DNA of 64,000 bases from Terriglobia bacterium (GTDB lineage: Bacteria; Acidobacteriota; Terriglobia; 20CM-2-55-15): positions 512,001 to 576,000 of the forward strand of contig CAXWPJ010000009.1 of NCBI GenBank assembly GCA_963664115.2. The letters run 5' to 3'. The notes under the pieces were generated by a model. It ran no database searches. It saw only the letters and a program-made list of their open reading frames with translations, and was not told the origin of the DNA. Position numbers and translations under genes: made by a program. Positions 56,652 through 64,000 of this stretch are shown here, piece by piece (within the stretch, counting starts at the first letter, position 1; the number at the start of each line of letters is the position of its first letter).

Positions 56652-57914
56652 TCACATCTTTGATTCCGCAGTGAGACGAGAATCGGCCTCTCGAATCAAG
56701 CGATACGCTCTTTCGTATGCGTAAGCCTCCTCCTCGATCGTAGGTATCGCGGCGCCGTTCATGCCGTCACGGAGGGAATCCAGAACGGTCGGATCGTCCA
56801 CAGCCGCTCGCATCAAATCCCTCAGTTGACTCGAATCCCCCATTCTAAAAAGAAATCCGTTCACTCCATCTTCGAGCTTTTCCCCAATCCCACCTACATC
56901 TGCCGCCATGACGGGGACTTGACACGCCAAAGCCTCAGCCAGAGTGAACGGGCAGTTTTCGTACCACAAAGACGGGATAACCACCACGTCAACATTACTA
57001 AGAATCCCAGCTACCTGGTCTTCACCGAATACTCCGCGAAACTCAATTCTCTTGTCTCCGGCGGCCATGGCCATGAGGCTCTCGATATAGGTAGGATCTG
57101 GACCGGAACCGTAAATCTTAAGCGACGCGCTTTCTGCCCTTAAGCCCTGAAACGCCTCTATCAGGATGTGAACACCCTTATGCGGGTTGAGAGATCCCGC
57201 ATAGCAGAAGGTAAGCCCGCGATCGATACCGTTTCGCTGACCGTTCATCTTCAGTTCCTCATACTTGAGTCCATGAGGGATGACCCTGACGTCCAGGTTT
57301 TCAAACTCCCTTCGGAAAAGTTCGGCCAGAAACCGGGAGGGAGACACCACAAGCCCCGCATTCGACAAGATCTGTTCGGTCCTCTCCAGTCGTCGAGCAA
57401 TATGATCCACGGGAAGCTCACTACAGGAACGCGCGCATCGCTCACCTTTCTCCGGTCCTTCACACAAACTATTCTCTGAAGTAATGAGATTGACCTTGGG
57501 GCAGAGCAGAAAATAGTCCGTCAGGGTAACGACATAAGGGATCTGGAGGGTCAAGAGGGCCGAGACAAATTCCGCCTGCCTCATGCAATGGACGATGTGT
57601 GCAACATCGGGCTTTTCCCGCTTGATCAGCTCGCGGGCAAGCCCTCGGAGCGGATCCGGGTCGATCACATGACCGAGATCAGCGGGGGCGTTCTCGTGTC
57701 TGAATGCCAGAACGGGTATCCCTTTGTAAATAAATTCCTTATATAAAACATTCCCGATCTTTCGATCGTAGGAGGAAGCCTCGTAAAAGCTGTAGGTGAA
57801 GACCTTCACCGTGTGCCCGCACTTCTGCATCATGGTGGCCAGGTGCAGGACGACTTTTTCGGTGCCGGTGTAGTGTTCAGGATAGAATTGATGTACGAGA
57901 TAGACGATCTTCAC
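56652..57914 (-). CDS. GT4 glycosyltransferase
   Basis: GTE, VTLTDY..LCP, HKGVH, PSLWYENCP..LAEA. Confidence 0.92.
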   Translation of the reverse strand: MKIVYLVHQFYPEHYTGTEKVVLHLATMMQKCGHTVKVFTYSFYEASSYDRKIGNVLYKEFIYKGIPVLAFRHENAPADLGHVIDPDPLRGLARELIKREKPDVAHIVHCMRQAEFVSALLTLQIPYVVTLTDYFLLCPKVNLITSENSLCEGPEKGERCARSCSELPVDHIARRLERTEQILSNAGLVVSPSRFLAELFRREFENLDVRVIPHGLKYEELKMNGQRNGIDRGLTFCYAGSLNPHKGVHILIEAFQGLRAESASLKIYGSGPDPTYIESLMAMAAGDKRIEFRGVFGEDQVAGILSNVDVVVIPSLWYENCPFTLAEALACQVPVMAADVGGIGEKLEDGVNGFLFRMGDSSQLRDLMRAAVDDPTVLDSLRDGMNGAAIPTIEEEAYAYERAYRLIREADSRLTAESKM

Positions 57915-57916
57915 TC

Positions 57917-60900
57917 TTAGACACCCTGGATCAGCTCGCTGTTCATTGCTTCGAGTTTCGCTCGCTCATCGCCTTCCACCTGCAAAAAGCAGTGAGCCAG
58001 TTGAGCCCCACATTGATAAGCATAGAGCTTGTAGAGGGACGAACTGAAATCGTCACGAATATGCGCATCCACCCTTTCGTAGGTCTCGTGCATGTAGGCC
58101 AGCATCATCTGGGTAAAGCTCAGCACAGCGTCAATAAGTTTCCCATCGTGAGCGCCATCCTTGTGCTCTCCAGAGTAGCTCCCATTCGCGACACGGTCGA
58201 GAAACGAAGCGAACTCGGCATCGACAATGCTGGATTCATCGGGTCGGAAGTGACGGGAAGATCCGTTCTTTAGCGCTTGTTCGAAACTCTCAGTAACACG
58301 GACGGAAAGTTCCTCGACCGAGCAGGGGTAAACGATTCTTTCGAGCGTTTCTTGGACGACAGATTGCACAGCCCCAAGAGTAAACAGAATGTCGGGGAAA
58401 AGCACATCCGGGCTTAGGGCAAGCAATGGGATGTCGGGAAACATCCGCGGCAGGAACAGATTATCCACATAACCCCTCCTCAGGTAGTAATAGGGGGCGC
58501 GATTGTGGGCATGGATCACCCGTGTTGAGCTCAAAAAAGCAATCTTGTGGTCATCCCGGATCAGCCTTAACCCCAAATCGAGATCTTCCGCATAATCGGT
58601 CTCGTACCGATACCTTAAAAAATCATCCCGTCTTATCAGACAGGCCAGATCAGACAATTGTGCGTTCTTCCGCAGGCTCGTGTGGTCTTGCTCGGCCGGT
58701 CTGCTCATGATTCGGTCCCGGCCGTCAACTTCTAGAAACTTATAGTGATTCCACGAAATGGCCCTGTAGAAAAGGTCCGCGTCTGAGGTAGGAAACTCGG
58801 CGCAGGATACGGCAATAACACTGTTGGATTTCATGGCACTGAAGAGTTCATGAAGCCACGAATCCGAAGAGGGGAGCGCATCCTGTACGGTGAACAAAAG
58901 ATACTCTCCCGAGCTGTGATCGGCCCCCAGGTTCCTGGCGTAAGCATGGGAAAATTCTTCTGGGAGAATTTCTATAATCTTTGCGCCAATACCCTTTGCT
59001 ACCTCCAGGGTCCCATCCGTGCTTCCAGAATCGACGACGACGATCTCCAGGTTCCGGAAGCCTTTCTGATTTCTGATCGCCGAAACGATGTGTCTAAAAC
59101 GCTCGCCCGCGTTTTTTGTCGGAATCACCACGGAAACGCTGACTTCTTCGAGTGGAATTGGCCTCTCTCCCACCGCAATATTTTTCAGAGTCGGGTGAGG
59201 CCGTTTTGCCACAAGCTCGGGAGCAAGTGCGGTCGGCTCCAGGCGGCTCCGGGATTGGGCACCCTCTAGGTGATCGGGCCGAGCGGACACCGACAACTGG
59301 CGTCGCAAGTTTATTCGGCGAGTTTTCAACACTGTTACGATCCAGTCGTATAGTGCTCTCCGTCTGGCGCCCGGAGCTAGAAAGCGATCGCGTGCATTCC
59401 AGTATCGGCTGAGCACACGCCAGCCGAAGCTGCCATACACTTGCCTAAGTTCATCCTGATAACCCTTATAACGGCCCAGTTCTTCTTCTTGCGCCGAAAG
59501 CCGCCGTTCTCCTACATCGAGAGCGTCCTGCAGTTGGTCAATTCGATTATTCTGCTCCCGTAACGACTGCTCCTGAGCTTGTGTCTTTGCCTGGTACCCG
59601 CCTAATTCCTGGTTGAGGGCCGCGTGAGCATCCCAGAGTTGTTGGCGCTGGGCCGCAATGAGATCCCGTTCGTGTGTAATGAGATCCCGTTCGTGTGTGA
59701 GGGCGCGATGAGCCCCCAGCAGGTCCTGGTATCGCTGGTGATCGGGAAAACGATCGACCAAAGCAAGGTAGTCCGCAGACTCCGGCCAAGATACAGTGAT
59801 CTTGCAGACTCCACCGTCGCTCAATCGCTGGAGTCTCTTTTTAGGAACAGGCAACTCAAACTGCGGATCGTCACCCGCAAGCAAGGCTGTGATTCCTTCG
59901 ATCCCGTCGTCCCGATCGGCGAATACGATTTGCTGCCCGTGCCCGGCTGCTTCCAAAGTGCTCGCCTTCCCATCCCAAACCCAGATTGCACCTCCCTGCG
60001 GATCATAGAGGGCGATCGAATAGAGACGCATCAGGCCCGGCCGATCGGAAGGGTCCAGGCGCAACGAGCTTAGAGCTCCGCTCCGCGCCGGAATCTCGAT
60101 CTCAATTTCTTGTCTTTCGACCCCCATACCCGCAAACACTACCGAGCTCCTGGACTCCTCATATTCAGAATGCTCTTGTCGCCAAAACAGCCCCACACTG
60201 TAGCGAAGTTCCGGAGTGGATGGGCCTGTTCGTATCTCCAGGTCCGTCAGTCCTACTGTTGCCGAATGCCCCTCAGCGGTGGGAACGACCTCCACTACGA
60301 ATTGATACGTCAAGCTTTCAGGCAAAGCCCGGAGATAGCTCCGTATCCTTGGTGGAAAAGCCTGAAGATGGCGCAAGCGATACTCGGAGTTGCCGAGATC
60401 CATGACGCGGTCAAGTTTGATGGGAGTCAGGCCGTGGGACTCCAAGAGCTCCACCAAACTCTTGCGAGTAAAAAAACGTAAATGAGTCTCGTCCAAAAGC
60501 CCCTCCGGCCGATATTGAAACTCTCCGGCCAGGAGGTTCGCAACCAATCCCATATGGGCAACGTTAGGAATCGATAAGAGGATGGAACCGTCTTCGGCGA
60601 GAAGTGAGGGCAGCTGATCGAGGACATCACCTGGGACTCGAAGGTGCTCGAGGATGTCAGCGCAAACGATGGTGTCGTAAAGACCCTCAGTAAAGAGGGT
60701 GGCAAGCTTTACGAGTTCGAGATCCGCGACCTGAAGCTTCCGATAATGGGGCGCCGCTCGTTTTGCCCGCTCGCTGGATAACTCAATCCCATCGACAATA
60801 CAACTTTTTTCTGAGGATAAGTACTGGCCTAAAGCTCCGTTTCCCGTGCCGAGATCCAATACTTTACTGCCGGAAGCGACCCATCGGGCGATTTTCGCTA

Positions 60901-60976
60901 AAGAGTCATCCCCCGTTGGATCCAGGAGCCGATCGTAGCGATGTTCGACGGTGTTAGCCATGTTCAACTTCCACAA
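57917..60976 (-). CDS. Multidomain SAM methyltransferase - beta domain - coiled coil - GT2 glycosyltransferase
   Basis: VLDLGTGNG, DILEHL, GLLDETHLRFFT; RLDP; heptad region ending SFGWR; SVVIPTKN, VDSGSTD, TVQDA, AED. Confidence 0.9.
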   Translation of the reverse strand: MWKLNMANTVEHRYDRLLDPTGDDSLAKIARWVASGSKVLDLGTGNGALGQYLSSEKSCIVDGIELSSERAKRAAPHYRKLQVADLELVKLATLFTEGLYDTIVCADILEHLRVPGDVLDQLPSLLAEDGSILLSIPNVAHMGLVANLLAGEFQYRPEGLLDETHLRFFTRKSLVELLESHGLTPIKLDRVMDLGNSEYRLRHLQAFPPRIRSYLRALPESLTYQFVVEVVPTAEGHSATVGLTDLEIRTGPSTPELRYSVGLFWRQEHSEYEESRSSVVFAGMGVERQEIEIEIPARSGALSSLRLDPSDRPGLMRLYSIALYDPQGGAIWVWDGKASTLEAAGHGQQIVFADRDDGIEGITALLAGDDPQFELPVPKKRLQRLSDGGVCKITVSWPESADYLALVDRFPDHQRYQDLLGAHRALTHERDLITHERDLIAAQRQQLWDAHAALNQELGGYQAKTQAQEQSLREQNNRIDQLQDALDVGERRLSAQEEELGRYKGYQDELRQVYGSFGWRVLSRYWNARDRFLAPGARRRALYDWIVTVLKTRRINLRRQLSVSARPDHLEGAQSRSRLEPTALAPELVAKRPHPTLKNIAVGERPIPLEEVSVSVVIPTKNAGERFRHIVSAIRNQKGFRNLEIVVVDSGSTDGTLEVAKGIGAKIIEILPEEFSHAYARNLGADHSSGEYLLFTVQDALPSSDSWLHELFSAMKSNSVIAVSCAEFPTSDADLFYRAISWNHYKFLEVDGRDRIMSRPAEQDHTSLRKNAQLSDLACLIRRDDFLRYRYETDYAEDLDLGLRLIRDDHKIAFLSSTRVIHAHNRAPYYYLRRGYVDNLFLPRMFPDIPLLALSPDVLFPDILFTLGAVQSVVQETLERIVYPCSVEELSVRVTESFEQALKNGSSRHFRPDESSIVDAEFASFLDRVANGSYSGEHKDGAHDGKLIDAVLSFTQMMLAYMHETYERVDAHIRDDFSSSLYKLYAYQCGAQLAHCFLQVEGDERAKLEAMNSELIQGV
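59657..59698. repeat. 21-bp in-frame tandem duplication (THERDLI x2)
   Basis: AATGAGATCCCGTTCGTGTGT x2. Confidence 0.92.
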
Positions 60977-61079
60977 TCATCCACGCGCGGGATCACTGGA
61001 TGCTTAAGTTTTGGGGTATAGCTCTGACTGCTCATAGATAGCTTAGTTCGACTCAAGGTCAGCAGTCCGGGGCGGAAGT

Positions 61080-63083
61080 TTACCGGATCCGACTGAGGGC
61101 CCGGCTTCCACTCGCCAAGAGCGCACGCGCCCGGGCGCCAACCGTGCGCGCCAACTGAACAGCTGCCCGCAGGGGAGCCGTCAGCTTCCATGACTTCGAA
61201 CGCGTAATACTGTCGATCTGATCATTCAATTGGGCGATACAGCCGGCCCTTTGGGTGTCTGCACGCATCCAGTATAGCTGGCGCTCTTGCACTTTGATCC
61301 GCTCACGCAATTCTTTTATCTCGGTAGAGGAGAAAGCACGACCGTTCTCCAATAGCGGCGGGTGCGGTATTGATTGCGTCAGAAAATCCTCCAGCGGCGG
61401 CACTCGCATTTGGCCTGTGAACAAGAATCCAGGTTCCTCCAAAGCCAGCGTGGGAACGTATTCGATATCGTCCTGTATCGCCACAGACCAGCGCTGGGTC
61501 ATGCGCTCGCATTCATCGCGTGCCCGTAGCGACGAATGCGCATTCGGACCCCGACTCACCGATTCGTGGTGTATCAATCGGACATGGGGACAAAACAGAA
61601 CCCGAAAGCCAGAAGACTTCAGTTTCAGACAGTAATCAACGTCGTTGTAATCCACTGCCAGGTTCTCATCTAAACCACCCACCGCATCAAACGCTTTACG
61701 ATTTGTCGCCATGCAGGCCGCCGTCACAGCGGAGACATTCTGCACTCCTTGGCCCAATGTGGTGTCTTCTAGCCAAGCCTCCGGCATATTGACGCCGAGG
61801 TGTCCTGCTATGCCGCCCCTCGCACCAAGAACAATGCCGGCGTGTTGGATACTGCGGTCCGGATAGAGCAACAGCGCCCCTACCGCGCCCACTCCCGGCT
61901 GCAACACTTCACGCACCATCGCTAATAGCCAGTCCGGTTCTATGATTTCTACGTCATTGTTCAAGAGCAGGAGGACGTCGCCCGAACTGTGTTCGACGGC
62001 CAGGTTATTCAGAGCCGAAAAATTGAAGGGCGTATCGCTTCTGAGCACCGTTACATCGGGCCGTTGTTTCGCTTCGTCGAGAAAGTCCAGAGTTTCCTGC
62101 TCCCGGCTGCCATTGTCGACGATTATGGTCTCGATGAAAGCGTAGTTCGTGTCGTTCCACAATCCATCACACACGCGGCCGAGATGTGACAAACAATCGC
62201 GCGTCGGGATAATCACCGAAACCTTGGGCCAGGCTGAGGCCTCAAAGTCGATCGACCGCCGTCCTTTAGTCGTCTCTCGCACCGACCCGCTCTGATGTGT
62301 TTCCGAAAGAAAGTGTCGGACCTGTTGCGCTTCATCCCCAGCGCGCTCGACGCTGGGCGTGCGTCCATCTTGACAAAACAACACGTAGGGGAGATGCACC
62401 ACCTGAACTGGGGACAGCGCCCGCGCAGTGTGAATCAACAGGCCGTACGGCCACGCCAGATTGTCCAGCGCTAAATGGCCAGCATTTTCTACACAGTCGG
62501 CTCGGGTCGCAAACGCATACCCCACGTAGTTCGATGCCAATATCAAACGCGGGTCCCAACCCTTCTTCAGCAGCGGTGAAAGAGTACCCTCTCCGTCAAG
62601 AGCTTCTTCGTCGAAATAAACGACGCCTGTATCCGCACACTGATTCCATTGCAGCAACAGAGTGTTCAGAAGAACTTTGGAGCATCGGCCGGGCGTCGCC
62701 ACAAACAGCAACAATTCTTCATTTCGCAAGCCGATCCGGACTGACACGTCATGCCACGTCATGCCCTGCTGTACTTGGACCGTCTCGACGGCACTCCGCT
62801 TGTCCCCCGCTTCATCCCAGATACTTCCTATAGTGTCGTCGTGGGATGTGTCGTACAGCACACAGATCTCGAAAGAACGGTAAAGCTGATTATCGAGACT
62901 GTGAAGGACTGTGCGGAGGCTGGCCCTAGGATCGCGAAACGCACGCACATCGATAATTACGCGAAAGTTCAACTGCTGGGACAAACCCACTGTGCGCTCC
63001 ATTATCAGCGTGTGCGCGCAAGACACGGACCGATCGGATTCCTCAGCCCAGCGGCTATATATGGATTCGGGCGCGTTATTCAT
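61080..63083 (-). CDS. Double-GT2 glycosyltransferase with C-terminal coiled coil
   Basis: VSVIIPTRD, VDNGS, FNFSALNN, LLNND, IQHAG, SAVTAAC, YNDVD, HHES.SRG; SKSWKLTAPLR. Confidence 0.92.
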   Translation of the reverse strand: MNNAPESIYSRWAEESDRSVSCAHTLIMERTVGLSQQLNFRVIIDVRAFRDPRASLRTVLHSLDNQLYRSFEICVLYDTSHDDTIGSIWDEAGDKRSAVETVQVQQGMTWHDVSVRIGLRNEELLLFVATPGRCSKVLLNTLLLQWNQCADTGVVYFDEEALDGEGTLSPLLKKGWDPRLILASNYVGYAFATRADCVENAGHLALDNLAWPYGLLIHTARALSPVQVVHLPYVLFCQDGRTPSVERAGDEAQQVRHFLSETHQSGSVRETTKGRRSIDFEASAWPKVSVIIPTRDCLSHLGRVCDGLWNDTNYAFIETIIVDNGSREQETLDFLDEAKQRPDVTVLRSDTPFNFSALNNLAVEHSSGDVLLLLNNDVEIIEPDWLLAMVREVLQPGVGAVGALLLYPDRSIQHAGIVLGARGGIAGHLGVNMPEAWLEDTTLGQGVQNVSAVTAACMATNRKAFDAVGGLDENLAVDYNDVDYCLKLKSSGFRVLFCPHVRLIHHESVSRGPNAHSSLRARDECERMTQRWSVAIQDDIEYVPTLALEEPGFLFTGQMRVPPLEDFLTQSIPHPPLLENGRAFSSTEIKELRERIKVQERQLYWMRADTQRAGCIAQLNDQIDSITRSKSWKLTAPLRAAVQLARTVGARARALLASGSRALSRIR

Positions 63084-63101
63084 CCATCACAGGCCGACAC
63101 G

Positions 63102-63746
63102 TCAATTACGCATCAAAAAACCGCCCGGCCCGAAGGTAAAGCCAAAACGCGTCTCACGGCGCACGTCCCGCCGATAGTCGTCCGGGTATTCCCGCATATA
63201 GGCCTCCATGGCTTCCTTCGGGCCTTCACCCCAACCCGGGAGAACCGGGTGTCCGTTGATATTGGAGTCCTCCACAACCATGTAGTCCCCTCTATCTGTA
63301 ACGGCCCGCAACAGTTTCATCTCGGCGATCACGTGGTCCTTGCTGTGGTCACTGTCGAGGATGGAGAAGATCGGCCCGCTGTATTGTTTCCTCAAATCCA
63401 CAATTCTGTCAGCAACGCTGGAATCAGTGGATGAGCACATCATGAATTCGATGTCGCGGTCTTGTTTCGCGGCATCCGGGACCAGGCTGTGGTCCACGTC
63501 TACAGTCAATATATGGTGCGGGCTAACAATCTGGCGCAAGATGACAGAGAAAAACAAGGCTGAACCACCCGCGTGAGTACCGAATTCAACGAGCAGTTGT
63601 GGTTTCAATTCATGAAGTATTTCCTGATAATTCCACAGATCACTGACTGATTTCTGTACCGAAACACCCAGAAATTCGGTTGTTTTCCACACTTCCGAAT
63701 CGTAATACCAATGGTGATATGCTTCGCATACATCCGCGTCCCGCAT
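63102..63746 (-). CDS. CmcI-family (rhamnosyl O-)methyltransferase
   Basis: FLGV..QK..SDLWNYQE, VEFGT..GGS, LDSDH, YMVVED, GP; GGAG RBS before ATG 63746. Confidence 0.88.
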   Translation of the reverse strand: MRDADVCEAYHHWYYDSEVWKTTEFLGVSVQKSVSDLWNYQEILHELKPQLLVEFGTHAGGSALFFSVILRQIVSPHHILTVDVDHSLVPDAAKQDRDIEFMMCSSTDSSVADRIVDLRKQYSGPIFSILDSDHSKDHVIAEMKLLRAVTDRGDYMVVEDSNINGHPVLPGWGEGPKEAMEAYMREYPDDYRRDVRRETRFGFTFGPGGFLMRN

Positions 63747-63774
63747 TGTTTCTCCTGCTCTAAGTAATCCGCAA

Positions 63775-64000
63775 CTATTTACTGGCCGTCCAAAAAGCGG
63801 GAAATGAGTTCCAAAGCCACCACTGGCCGGGTTGGGCAAGAACCCTTTCCTCGAGCGGCGCCAAGAGCTTTCCAAATGCCTGTTCCTCATCAAGGGCGTC
63901 GATGTTTACAGGTGGCAGGAACTCCCCAACCAGGCGCTGGCGTTCTTCGATCCCGAAATATGGAATAAGCGTGGCGCCGGTTGTTTGCGCGATCCGAACA
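63775..64000 (-). CDS. LpxL/HtrB-type acyltransferase, C-terminal part (enters from outside the window)
   Basis: Manual translation ...RIAQTTGATLIP...LEERVLAQPGQWWLW...*. Confidence 0.6.
   Translation of the reverse strand, partial: VRIAQTTGATLIPYFGIEERQRLVGEFLPPVNIDALDEEQAFGKLLAPLEERVLAQPGQWWLWNSFPAFWTASK

Overview
A bacterial chromosome segment, probably from an Acidobacteriota-like genome (inferred from gene style only). From left to right: (1) miaB (partial), an Smr-domain gene and tRNA-Asn; (2) a decayed integration hotspot with an IS3-type element, a P4-like satellite remnant (integrase, primase-like domain, DUF3631 Rep with an internal dyad of heptamers), a second integrase fragment and a gamma-carboxylase-like (HTTM) gene split by IS1380; (3) an amidohydrolase, a HAD-rhodanese-nuoG-nuoI operon and a GldA/F/G-type ABC system; (4) two tandem cargo-carrying transposons (23492-30052 and 30062-32215) with IS903-like GGCTTTG ends, SWIM-finger+DDE transposases and the same 9-bp target sequence GAATCCGCT present three times. 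Their cargo is a HicB/HicA-like pair, an HTH-HATPase-STAS protein, a 362-bp gene-carrying MITE, a Cas2/VapD-like gene, and a tRNA with a serine-type body but a valine (UAC) anticodon; (5) an ECF sigma operon, lysA and IS630; (6) large secreted proteins sharing a repeated beta-domain, two of them zinc metalloproteases, next to a putative S-layer-type gene, T2SS minor pseudopilins, a GH114 enzyme and a methyltransferase/glycosyltransferase locus. Several single-base frameshifts may be sequencing errors. All family calls come from reading motifs by eye; no searches were run.
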